This document shows positions 1-11,620 of a stretch of DNA of 64,000 bases, in pieces. The first letter of the stretch is position 1, and the number at the start of each line of letters is the position of its first letter. The stretch comes from Mytilus edulis (taxonomy: Eukaryota). The DNA lies in assembly GCF_963676685.1 (NCBI RefSeq), contig NC_092357.1, forward strand, positions 38,316,001 to 38,380,000. Direction: 5' to 3'. The translations under genes and the position numbers were made by a program. Under the pieces are notes generated by a model. The model searched no databases. It had not been told where the DNA came from and saw only the letters and a program-made list of their open reading frames with translations.

Positions 1-490
1 AATGTATTACGCGAGAAACATGAATTCTATGAAAAGGATCTAGATGGTATTTCGATTTAGGTAAAATTGTATCCAACATTATTTTTGTCTAAAGGAATAC
101 TAAGTATTGGCTGTTAGATTTCATGCAGAACTAACACTAATCGGTTGGTCAACACATCATGCTTGTAAAAAATATTAAAAAGTATGCACTTTAAATTATA
201 TATGAATATATGATAAGTATTCAACAAACTTTAATCAATTGATATGAAAAATGGTTGGTTAACACGACAATATGAAACAAAAAAAAGACAGATTATTAAA
301 AGATTAATCTTGACGAATTTATTTAGAAAAATCTAATGCGTTACCAGTTTTACAAATATTTTAATAAGTTAAACTCACTTTTATCGAAAAATACCAATTT
401 GATATTTAAATAGCGTGATAGATGAAAATCGTACTTATCCAACTTGATCAAGTATACTGAAGGCTGTTTATAAGTAAATTTCTTTCTTAC

Positions 491-850
491 CTGAGTTTTA
501 AAAAGGTGGCAAGTTGTTATCGATGGAAGCCAAAGAAAGTTTGCGACCGTTTCAGCCATTATCCTCCTATTTATACAATTCATTTTTCCTGCTAATTAAG
601 GTCATTATGTAATAAAACATGTGTTTTATTGAACATCTGCAAAGGCATTTTATTTCTTTAAAAATTATGTGATAATCAAAACACGATAACCATGTCCGAC
701 ACATGTTTTGGATGTGATACACAATCTGTTTAATACCATATTGACAATTGACACAATTAGTGTGTAAGAGTTCATCATTGATCATGTAGTAATATTCTTT
801 GTCGCTAAGAGTTTGTCTCATTGACATACTTCCCACAACCTCCTTCATTC
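491..850 (-). promoter_or_regulatory. Promoter and non-coding exon 1 of a fourth Met-rich protein gene (copy 0); coding exon lies left of the window
   Basis: Minus strand: TATAAATA at 575-568, then an exon ending AAAACTCAG|GTAAGA (donor after 491). The block aligns by eye to 9131-9480, 17274-17630 and 26796-27060, each upstream of a Met-rich CDS. Confidence 0.85.
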
Positions 851-853
851 ATA

Positions 854-1286
854 CTACGGATTCTTTATTTTCGTGGGTACCAATTGTCGTGGATTCAGCA
901 AAATTTGCATTTTCGTGGATACTGTAAACCAACTAATTTTCGCGAGCGATTTATTTTCGCGACTTTCGCTAGTAGAAAAATATCGCGAAGTTAAATCGTC
1001 GCGAATATGTAAAACTTGGATCTTTCCGTATTCAACAACATCAAGTTAATTAGAAAACCGCGAATTTAAATTGCCGCGAAATGGACTCGAAAGGACTAAA
1101 CGCGAAATAAAGTATCAGCGAAAATAAGTTGGTTTACAGTATTCATTTTCGTGGTTTTGCCGAATTCTACATACAAATGCAAGCTTAATAAAAATTTGTG
1201 ATTTGTTGGATTTTTAATTTCGTGTTTCACCTGTACCAACGAAATCCACAAAAATTGATATCCAACGAATAATAATCAATCCACAG
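854..1286. mobile_element. Tc1/mariner-type MITE with TA target duplication, containing a nested MITE
   Basis: Imperfect TIRs CTACGGATTCTTTATTTTCGT / ACGAATAATAATCAATCCACAG flanked by TA. The paralogous promoter near 17620-17640 shows the empty site (tttattca-TA-caaatgaaaac). Confidence 0.85.
922..1139. mobile_element. Nested MITE (TA target duplication)
   Basis: TIRs CTGTAAACCAACT / AGTTGGTTTACAG, TA at 920-921 and 1140-1141, internal TTCGCG/CGCGAA subterminal repeats. Confidence 0.9.
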
Positions 1287-1527
1287 TACAAATAAAAACA
1301 GCGTGTAGATGTGTTCTATATTGTAGGAATCTAATTTAAAGCCATTCACAAAAATTGTAATCCTGGTATCTATGATGAGTTCATTAACCCACATTTTATT
1401 TAATCACTGTTTCCTTGGATATGGCTATTTCTGATAAAAAGAACAAGTGTTTGGTGTATTGATGATATGATGATAGAGGTGGCTCTTTAATGGACGTCCG
1501 AAAAACAATCTTGTAAGACATTAGAAT

Positions 1528-1710
1528 AAAAGAGGGACGAAAGATACCAGAGGGACAGTCAAACTCATAAATCGACAATAAACTGGCAACGCCATGGCTA
1601 AAAATGAAAAGGACAAACAGACAAACAATAGTACACATGACACAATATAGAAAACTAAAGAATAAATAACACGAACTACATCAGAAACTAGGGGTGATCT
1701 TAGGCGACCC
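1528..1710 (-). repeat. Dispersed Penelope-derived repeat fragment
   Basis: AAAAGAGGGACGAAAGATACCAGAGGGACAGTCAAACTCATA... recurs at ~10517, ~28004, ~29860 and inverted at ~23100, ~31580. Absent from the paralogous site near 9685. Confidence 0.75.
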
Positions 1711-2766
1711 AGAAACGTTCTGAAAAAGTTTTTTCCTATAAACTAACCACTCATTCAATATTTATTCATAGACAAATATACATGCATATGTCACTTTGCA
1801 TGATACTAGTTTTTCAGATAGATGTTCTACTGTTTTAGATAAAAGCTAAATTTTCCATACTTCGTTGAAAAAATTGCAAAAATTGAAATACAAAATATGT
1901 TTACGTCCTTTTTTTAGAATTGGTAACTATACCTTCGTAACGTTTGAAATTAAAACAGAATTTTCTGCTGTTGCAGCAAAGGACAAAGTCAACAGGCTAT
2001 AGAAGCATGTTGTGAAATTCGTATAGAAAGTTTCTATGTGAATGAATTCCTATAGTACCAACTGTTTTTTAATGTCTGTATACTTCTCAGGAACATGGTA
2101 AACTATCGTATATACCTACAGCTAGATTAGAGAAAGTCAGGGGGGAAATCCAAAGGAATCGATTGATATGCAGCAAAGATTGGCAAATTTGAAATTAAGT
2201 TTCTTAGCAAAATCAAACAGACCTAATCTCGATGTAAACATTGAATGTTAAAAAATCGAGAAGCATGCAAATACTTGTACAAAATTTGAGATGACCTTCT
2301 CTTACAATTGTATATAAAACAGTAGAACGAGACCTACTTTATAAAAATGGTTATCTTTAATTTGTTGGCCTGCACAGACAGACTTTTGAATGTTCATAGT
2401 CACGAAAATTGTATTGAATAAACATGTAACAGGAGCAGACCAGGGTGCTCGATACATTAGGTGTGTAAAAATTTGCATTGTTTAGGAAATTGTAATATGC
2501 TTAAGACTTTATTGGACACTCAGATAATTGGTGCAGCATTTATCTATGATGCGTTTATTTATAACCACTCGGTCGATGCAAATGCTAGTGGAGTTTTTAT
2601 TCTCCGAGGGTATCACCAGCTCAGTAGAATATTTGACATACTAAGGCTTTAATGCCTCAGCAATAGATAACCTTAGCTGTATTCTGGCAAAATGTTTAGG
2701 ATTTTTTTTCCTCAATGGTCGTTAACTGCGTGCTTTATTTTGCCTCTTTTACTTTTTTAGATTCGA

Positions 2767-2806
2767 GCGTCGCTGATGAGTCTTTTGTAGATGAAACGTG
2801 CGTCTG
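2767..2806 (+). ncRNA. Minimal type I hammerhead ribozyme motif (degenerate)
   Basis: CTGATGA (2773-2779), stem II GTCT/AGAT around a TTTGT loop, GAAA (2793-2796), short near-palindromic stem III CGTGCG, TC cleavage site (2803-2804). The 3' strand of stem I is disrupted. Confidence 0.6.
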
Positions 2807-2809
2807 TCT

Positions 2810-3375
2810 CTTGAAAAAGAACTTTGAACAAATGAACACTCATGTAATCCCACATACAAAAAAATCATGTGACAAGGATTAAACGTTGGCGAATCATATT
2901 ATTATTTTCTTTTTTCAAATGAGTCGGACTTCCTTCAGACGTTTGTCAAAACAAGAAGACCAATGAAACTAGATCATTTAATTTCGCATTTTGATATATT
3001 GATGATGTTCTTTCCGTAAACAAAACACTTTTCTGATTGGGTTCAATGAATATATCCCCAGAACTATAAGTAAAGAAACAACAGACACGGCTTGCTCTTC
3101 ATCATTTTAAACTAAAATTTCGAATTTGACATGACTGGAATCTATGAAAAACAACAGTTTTAATTTTGAAATTATCAATTTTCCCAACCTTAGTACCAAT
3201 GTATTAACTTCACCTGCAAATGGGATACACATGTTTCGACTCATTCGGTAATGAAGAGCTTACAGCTCCTACCCATTCTTTGTGAAACGTCAACATTGTC
3301 TGAACAGAACAATGATGAACCAGAGGTATTTCAAAGAATGACTTGTCCTTTATCTAAGACGTTTTATCGAATTGA
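2810..3375 (+). mobile_element. Decayed Penelope-like retroelement RT fragment
   Basis: Broken frame with RSFNFAF*YIDDVLS, IYP..KETTDT, FNFEIINFPNL motifs typical of Penelope-like RT; many stops and frameshifts. Paralogous copy at ~10300-11330. Confidence 0.7.
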
Positions 3376-3407
3376 ATTATCAGAAAAACAAAACGATTAA
3401 ACTTTAA

Positions 3408-3800
3408 GAACCTAGCACAAGCCCCTGGTGTTCCTCAGTAGTAACTGAGCGTACGAAATATGTCTCTATTCGTTTCTTTATTGATTATCGTCTGTATAAT
3501 CATTATATAATTTTAGATTCACATTTGATACCTCGCATAGATGATACCTGGGATTATCTAGCAGGGTTCAAATGGTATTCAAAGCTCGATTTAAAGATTG
3601 GATATCATCAAGTATCCATTACTCAAGATCGCCCAAAAACAGCCTTTTTATATCCTGGAAGTGGGCTTTGGTAGTTTACCGTTTTAACTTTTGGACTTTA
3701 TAATACCCCTGCTGTCTTTAAAATACTAATAAAACATGTGTTGTCTATTTAGATGACATACAAGTGTTCCAAGACTTTTGAGGAACAGATTGAAAATTTA
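3408..3800 (+). mobile_element. Decayed Ty3/Gypsy reverse transcriptase fragment
   Basis: Translates PSTSPWCSSVV..RFFIDYRLYN..IPRIDDTWDYLAGFKWYSKLDLKIGYHQV..RPKTAF..FGLYNTPAVF..YLDDI with stops and deletions. Confidence 0.85.
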
Positions 3801-4341
3801 GCTTTTTTGAATTTGGTTTTTCTTGTGTATCACGTCATTTATAGACGGAGACAAAAGTTTAGATAGCCTTTCTTGTCGATGCAGAACGTTTTCTGGTTCA
3901 ATATGGTAAAGCACAATCATATTGCACTAAGCAAAAGATTTTTAATGTAGGAATATGATATAAAAACATATTAGCTTCGGACAGAAATTGGTAAATGTCT
4001 ATTCCAAAACTTTACGAGAATAATTCAGGTCAAAAACATGATAAATCGGAGATTACTCTTAAACTCCGTCGTCTGCCGTATTGCACCAAGTCTGAGTTTA
4101 TATTAAGGATAGCACCAAGCAGATTTGCTCGGTGCTGCACCAAGTGAAACTCGTTGATGAAAACTAGTTATAATTTAATAGGAAGCTTTTTTGAATATTT
4201 TACTATTAGTATTTTATTTATCTTTGTGATTTTTAATTGTTTTTATAATTAGTTGCTGTGCACCAGTTAAATTTCCTTGTACCAAGTTTCAACAGGAAAA
4301 TTATCAAGCTTTTAGTGGCAAATATACCTGTATCTATATTA

Positions 4342-5095
4342 GGTAGTAATAAACAGTTAGGAATAAATATTGAAAGTTTCCCTCATAAGTTTAACCATCC
4401 CCTTTTCATTTCTTTCTTGCAATATTAAGCTTACTCTTTGTATCATATTTGTGCATATGTATGTCATCCGAATCTTCCATAGATTTTATATCCAGTATAT
4501 AAAATGGTAAAATATAATTTCTTTTAGGTGTATTCATGGCAACAATCTGCATTTATTTGTTATAAAATATGGCAAAAAGGGGTGAAAAGATGTCACATAT
4601 TTCCCCAAAATTTGGCCAAAAGTAAAATTTCAATTGCTTGACGTCATACCTTTTCTGAGACTGCGAAACAGCGGTTACGTCCTCTTTACTACGCTACGTT
4701 GTAGCTAATAGTTTAGCGAAGCAACGTCACCACTGTTTCGGAGTTTGACCTTTTCTGAAACTGTTTACATATATCTTTCAATAAATTCAATGAAATTCAT
4801 TAGTCTTTCATTGTAAAATTGCGTCAAAAACTTTGTGTAGAAAAAAAACTGTTTGTAAACATTACATTAATCTATTGACTGATTGCCGGTCTAGCTATGA
4901 AACCACGGAGAGTCAAATAGAAAACAGCCCTAAAAACATGTATAATATAATCTTGATGTTCTTATAAACCATCTTTAAAGGCTAAATTAGTACTCAGCTG
5001 TCTAAAAATGAATTTTAATACACAATAACTTTCATATTTGAAAAATTCACCGGGGCCAAAATGCGAAACTAAAGTCCTAACTGTGTGTTGCTACC
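4342..5095. mobile_element. Non-autonomous TIR element (Kolobok-like) with a nested hairpin MITE at 4657-4747
   Basis: Ends GGTAGTAATAAACAGTTAGGA / TCCTAACTGTGTGTTGCTACC. The paralogous unit has an uninterrupted tatctataTTAAga near 12165-12180. The nested element is flanked by a 9-bp repeat ACCTTTTCT. Confidence 0.75.
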
Positions 5096-5980
5096 TTATG
5101 CTATTATTATATTCATAGTTTTATGGACCACTGTATCTGTTGTATTGGTCTAACAGAAATAATAGTATTAATACAATATGTTAACTACAATATGATGTTT
5201 CTTATTTCTGTGTATTCAAGGTACCTATGTTTTGGGCTTTGTACAAAGTCATGTGTTTTCTCTGATCGTTAATGAGTCCTTACGATTCATGTAATGAATG
5301 TTGAATGTGAACGGATTGATATTAAGTCTTAGATGCTATGGTTTTTTTTATTATAAGTTGTTACTGGCTTTGAATACGTGGTCAGTAATTGCGAGTACTC
5401 TTATATCTTTACTTTTGGTCTGTTTTGTTATATTTTTTATAGATGTTTTTTGGGTTTTGTATTGATCTGATCAATTAAACCCTTTGCAACTGGTTGTAAT
5501 TGTTTGTTATAGTGTTGTACTTTTGCACCAATGTTCAATATTAGCATAGGGTTCGTTTCTTTATATATGTCATAGTCAGTAGTTCAGTGCTTGTTGTTGG
5601 TTCATGTCTGTAGTGTTTGTTTTTCATAAACTGTATAATAATTGTGATTAATTTTTCATGTCGGCTAGACGGTATGTGATTTGTTCAATTTTTTTAAGGT
5701 TTCAGGGCTGTCTATAATTGCATTCATCCACTTTGCTTGAATTTTGCTGTATTGTTGTCTCATAGTGAATCATACCAATGTACATTTTATTAAAAGTTGT
5801 TAACGAAAAATATAGCTCAATAAGACCGCAAACTGAATCGCTTTCATCCCATATGGGCATCGTTTTACTAATAGGTAAACAATTTTAATTATGAATGATA
5901 TATACATTTATTGACAAATTATTTACAACTGCTTTAGATTTAAATAATATGTAAATATTCATCAGTACTAAAATGTTTGT

Positions 5981-7192
5981 TTAATATACTCCTTTTTTCA
6001 TTGGCATGGGCATTGGCATTGGCATTGGCATATCAGGTTTCATCATGTCCATCATTAGCATTGGCATTGGCATATCAGGTTTCATCATTTCCATCATTTT
6101 CATTTTCATTGGCATTGGCATATCAGGTTTCATCATTTCCATCATTCCCATTGGCATTGGCATATCAGGCTTCATCATTTCCATCATTCCAATTGGCATT
6201 GGCATTGGCATATCAGGTTTCATCATTTCCATCATTTTCATTTTCATTGGCATCGGCATATCAGGCTTCATCATTTCCATCATTTTCATCATTGGCATTG
6301 GCATTGGCATATCTGGTTTCATCATGTCCATCATTGGCATTGGCATTGGCATATCTGGTTTCATCATGTCCATCATTGGCATTGGCATTGGCATATCAGG
6401 CTTCATCATTTCCATCATTTTAGGCATCATTTCCATCTTTCCTTTCATCTCCATCATTTCTTTCATTTTCATCATGTCCATCATTTCTTTCATTTTCATC
6501 ATTTCCATCATTTTACATTTCATTTCCATCATTGGCATCATTTTCATCATTTCCATTTTACCTTTCATTTCCATCATTTTCATCGGCATCATTTCCATTG
6601 GCATCATTTCCATCATGCCACCTTTACCTCCCATACCGCCCATCATTTCCATTGGCATCATTTCCATCATGCCACCTTTGCCGCCCATACCGCCCATCAT
6701 TTCCATTGGCATCTCAGGTTTCATTGGCATCATGTCCATCATACCACCTTTACCGCCCATACCGCCCATCATTTCCGTTGGCATCATTGGTTTCATTGGC
6801 ATCATGTCCATCATACCACCTTTACCGCCCATACCGCCCATCATTTCCATTGGCATATCAGGCTTCATCGGCATCATTTCCATCGGCTTCATTGGCTTCA
6901 TTGGCATCATGTCCATCATGCCACCTTTACCGCCCATTCCGCCCATCATTTCCATTGGCATATCAGGCTTCATCGGCATCATGTCCATCATTGGTTTCAT
7001 TGGCATCATTTCCATCATGCCACCTTTACCGCCCATACCGCCCATCATTTCCATTGGCATCTCAGGTTTCATTGGCATCATGTCCATCATGGCACCTTTG
7101 CCGCCCATACCTCCCATCATCTTTTTCATGCCATAGGCGTTCACGCCAGCCAATAAGGCTACAGTTGTAAACACGAAAAATGATGCCATCAT
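5981..7192 (-). CDS. Secreted methionine-rich repetitive protein, copy 1 (403 aa; putative ligament/shell-matrix structural protein)
   Basis: Hydrophobic signal peptide ending VNA|Y; 7 MGGMGGKG[GA] modules; E/K/M core with one Cys; 9 MMKPD modules; ends KKGVY. Acceptor TTTTGTAG|G at 7208/7207, AATAAA at 5912-5907, upstream exon at 9131. Confidence 0.93.
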   Translation of the reverse strand: MMASFFVFTTVALLAGVNAYGMKKMMGGMGGKGAMMDMMPMKPEMPMEMMGGMGGKGGMMEMMPMKPMMDMMPMKPDMPMEMMGGMGGKGGMMDMMPMKPMKPMEMMPMKPDMPMEMMGGMGGKGGMMDMMPMKPMMPTEMMGGMGGKGGMMDMMPMKPEMPMEMMGGMGGKGGMMEMMPMEMMGGMGGKGGMMEMMPMEMMPMKMMEMKGKMEMMKMMPMMEMKCKMMEMMKMKEMMDMMKMKEMMEMKGKMEMMPKMMEMMKPDMPMPMPMMDMMKPDMPMPMPMMDMMKPDMPMPMPMMKMMEMMKPDMPMPMKMKMMEMMKPDMPMPMPIGMMEMMKPDMPMPMGMMEMMKPDMPMPMKMKMMEMMKPDMPMPMLMMDMMKPDMPMPMPMPMPMKKGVY

Positions 7193-9130
7193 GAGATTCG
7201 ACGAAACCTACAAAACATGCAGTGATTGTTATATCAGAATTATATTAATAATTCATACATGCATTTTTCAAAGGTAGTCAGCGAATAATTCCTAAAATTG
7301 AATACACGATGTTAACCAAATGATTTACATATGAAAGAATATAATGAACTTTTTAGATTTATATTTTTTTTCTGAAAATACAGTTATCCATTTATTCTTT
7401 TTAATAAGAAAATGTATTTAAAGTCCTTCTGTCATTGTTACTTTTGCGTGAAGTTGCGTGAAGTCAGTTTTTCTGTCATATCTCACCGAGACCAGTGTAA
7501 AATCAACCATCCGTGAAGATACTATTTATTATACAGTGATTATAACAGCGAATTATTGCTTGGCATCACAGTTCGGAGCTATTATTTCGACATACACGCC
7601 GTCTTGAATTGAAAACTTATCACATAAAGATTCTGATTGGTTGCTAAACGATGAGGCAAAGATACAACAACTGCTATTGGCTTAAATTCTATAAATTATT
7701 ACAGACTTTTCCCGTCACAGGAGAAGAGATCAAATGCCGGAAATGTGTATTTCAGTTCCGTTCAACTGTTCTTATTTCATATTTGTTTTAATTATGCATA
7801 TATTGCAAACTGAAATTGAAATATCAATTATAAGAACGTGTGTATTTGTTAATTTGAAATATGAACGATTTGTTTTACTAAACAATGTTCCTATACAACG
7901 TTAACAAAAATGAGTTATTTGTATTTTATAATTTCGGCCAATCACATACCCAGACATGCACAACCTGCATAGTCGTAAAGAGAACAACATATTAAAAACA
8001 CGGGTGTATAATGCACTCTTCAAGTAAATCAATTTCTAAAAATTACCCATTTCCAATACTAAATCAAAAGCCATCTGCACACATATTACCTTAAATTATG
8101 ATAGAGCGAAGCAGGCCACAATTTTTTAAAAAGCTCAAACTTGTATAATATTAAAATTTCCCTAAGCTCGAGCTCTTTACAACATATATCCATTCACAAA
8201 TATAAGACTAGTATTAATAGAAAAGATATAGATATCAGGAACTGTAGCAAAAGCTTTATCAAACCCAAAAAACTTTTATGACGTCTCGTCACGTTAGTAA
8301 ATGTGTTCCCAAACCCTATCTGTATTACATTAACTTACAGGAGAAAACATATAGTTGGAGAATTTTATAAAGTGTTGGTTTTTTTTTTTTTAATATCACA
8401 CCCTGTATCGATCCTCAACCAATATAAAATCCCGAGTACAGCTCTTGGGATTACTAGTATAGTGGTGTTGATCACTCGTTGATTTATTTGACTGTGTTAA
8501 TCCCTTGTTTTATTTAGCGTAAATTGACTTCCTTGTTAATAACCATGTAGTAATTTTTGCAGTTTTTATCACATCATATTATGACAAATATGTTTTCAAT
8601 TAATCCATCCCAAAACTACTCGCATTTTAGAGTTCATATGAATTTAGTACTTATTGGATCAAAGTATCGAAAGCGGTCTTAGGTATTTTTCTTCATCAGT
8701 TACGATCAAACACAAAACGTTTGAAGGTTATGATAAATTGATAACTGAATACATTTGATGACAAATGAACAAATATATCCGTAAAAGAATGAGTCGTTTT
8801 TAAGAAATATAATTGTAAAAGATATAAGGTGTATTTGATAGCCCATAAAATATCATCAAAATGTAAGCAGATCCTTTTGCTAGATTTATTTTATTTCGAT
8901 TTAAGACCAAATTGATACTAATGCAAATATAAGGTAACGTCCGAGTCTGTCTTTCCTTTGTATATTTTTTAATCAAATAGCTGGAACAAGAGTTCTCTGA
9001 CCTAAGAATATTTAAGGCTTCACTAATGTTTCTCTGTCTTATAGTTTCAAGTTTAAGTTCATTTTTTTCGCCTAAGTACATCATTAATGTAGCATACTGA
9101 GGGGTGATAATAAGTGATTTACTTTCTTAC

Positions 9131-9480
9131 CTGAGTTTTAACTAGGCGGCAAGTTGGTATCGATGGAAGGCCGAGGATAGTTCTGCGATCGTTACAATCA
9201 TATTCCTCCTATTTATACAATCTATAATTTCTGCTAATTAAGCTCATTACGTAATAGAACATAGGTTTTATTAAAGATATGCAACGACATTTTATTTCAT
9301 CAAAATTATGTGATAGTCCTAACACGACAACCATGTCCGACAAATGTTTGTCATAAAATACATAATCTTTAACATACCATAAAATTAACACTTTAATTGA
9401 CACACATATGTTGTAAGGGATCATAGTTAAACATGCCTTTTTGCTAATATTTTTTGCATCATTGACATATTTCTCCTACC
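9131..9480 (-). promoter_or_regulatory. Promoter and non-coding exon 1 of Met-rich gene copy 1
   Basis: TATAAATA 9217-9210; donor CTCAG|GTAAGA after 9131; predicted intron 9130-7208; upstream block conserved with three paralogues. Confidence 0.85.
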
Positions 9481-10299
9481 ATCCTTTATCTATACGAATG
9501 AAAACAGCGTGTGGATGTGTTTTAGATTGTTCCCACATAACATAAACCACACTTATCTTAATCACTGTTGACATGGATTTTACTATTTCTGATCAAAAGA
9601 ACAAGTGTTGGTGTGTTTGGTGACATGAATACAGAGGTGGCTATTTAATGGACGTAAGAAAAACATTTTGGTAAGAAATTAGAATAACATGCAATACAGA
9701 AACGTTTTTCTTAAATTTGTTTTTCTTTTAAATTGTGACACAAATTCCAATTTGATTCCATTATAGATAAATATATATATCAATTTGTCACTTTTTGAGA
9801 TACTAGTTTATCAGTTTGATGTACGACTGTTTCAGATAAAAGCTAAATTTTCAATTTTTCGTGGACAAAATTTCAAAATTACATAACCAAAATATTTTTT
9901 ACGTTAGGGTTGTTTCTTTATAGTTTTATTTGTTAGTGCTTTTTAGTTTAAGGTTTTAAATTGCAATTCACAATCAATTTAGTATACATAATGCTACATC
10001 TTCGTTTCGTCACATTCATTATAATGTTTTATTCCAAAATTAACATCTATGTTTTCCTTTGGTTGCAATCAACAATTTAGGGATCATGCATAACATCCCT
10101 AGGTGGTGATATTATTTCTAAAGATATTTGTATAAAACAAGATATCATATGAATAAGAATATTGTACGGATGTTTGAATAACATGAATAAGTGTAATTTT
10201 TATACAATCAAACCCTTTTTTTGAAGTAAGATTAAGGGCAAAGCGTACATTGAACAACTTGTTGTGCCTTGTCTTTGTATTCAAATCGTACTATTTCGA

Positions 10300-11330
10300 G
10301 TCTCTTGTTAAAGAAATTTGCACTCATGTATCCCACATACAAAAACATCATTACACAAGATGAGATGCGAATCATATTATATTGTATGAGTCGAATTTAT
10401 TCAGACATTTGTCAAAAACAAGTATATTAAAAACAAGAACATTTAATTTCACATTCAGATATATTGATGATGCTATTTCCATTAAAAATCCAAATTTTTC
10501 TGATTGACTTCAACTGAAAAAGAGGGACGAAAGATACCAGGTCAAACTCATAAATTGAAATTAATGAGAACGCCATGGCTAAAATTAAGAAGACAACAGA
10601 AAAATCAGGGGGTGATATCATGTGCTCCGGAAGGGTAAGCAGATCCTGCTCCACATGTGGCATCCTTCGTGTTACTTAATTTATTACAAATCCGGTAAAT
10701 AGTCTAATATGGTAGGTCACTTTGGTGAAAAGGGGTTTGTATTGTAGTTACGACTTGAGGAACAAATCCGATATCATCTGTGAAACGGTTATTTTATAAC
10801 AGTCAACCAGCTCGTGATGGCGTCCGAAAAGTTATGAAGGGATGATTTCAACTGCACCATTTGGAACTCTTGGTTTAATAGATTCCCTGTGAGCAGCAAT
10901 CCTCTATTAAGGAAATCATGATAGGAAATACGAGCCCGGTAATATCGTATCAATTAGGAGATTAATACTCCATATGCAGGCGCTTCTGCAATCTTGCTAC
11001 ATAGAAATGGAAAGTTTACAATTGGGAAGCTGAAATCATCTCTTTCGTCGTACAGTTTTGTTTTCTAACAAACGAGACGATTTCAATTTAGAAATTTACC
11101 TACCTTAGTAACAATGTACAAACTTCATCTGCGTATTGAATATTCATTTCCCGACTAATTCTGTATGCATTGGCTTGCAACTGCTACTCATACTTTGTAA
11201 AATGTCAACAGTGTATGAGCAGAAAAACGATGAACCAGGGGTATTTCAATGAATTCGTCTGGTTTTTTTTAAAGATTCAGCGGACTGATTAATCAGAAAA
11301 CCAAAAAATTCAACTTTAAGACGTTTTATT
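10300..11330. mobile_element. Decayed Penelope-like RT (paralogue of 2810-3375) interrupted by an inverted Penelope-derived repeat (~10517-11070)
   Basis: Plus strand FNFTFRYIDD near 10440-10470; the minus-strand insert reads YDERDDFSFPIVNFPFLCSKIAEAPAYG. Confidence 0.7.
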
Positions 11331-11394
11331 TAATTTCAAGATTCTTTCTCCAAGTTCGTGACGGACATTGGTAGAATTTAGCTGATATAGCATA

Positions 11395-11620
11395 CTATTG
11401 ACACTCGATTTAAAGAGTGGATATCATCAAGTAGCCATCACTCCAGAAGAACGCCCCAAACCAGCCTTTTCATTTAAAGATAGTGTGCTTTGGCAGGTTA
11501 CTGTTTCAACTTTTGGAACTTCTAATGATCCTGCTGTCTTTGAAAGGATTAACATAAAACACATGTCTATTTAGATGACATACAAGTGTTTCCAAGACTT
11601 TTGAGGAACAGATTGATAGC
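11395..11620 (+). mobile_element. Decayed Ty3/Gypsy RT fragment (paralogue of 3408-3800)
   Basis: TLDLKSGYHQVAITPEERPKPAF..W..FGTSNDPAVFER..YLDDI, with a similar internal deletion before YLDD as the first copy. Confidence 0.8.

Noticed and set aside
350-2652. Short 60-95 aa ORFs from the track here and throughout the window
   Set aside because: They overlap promoters, introns or repeats, lack recognisable domains, and are expected by chance.
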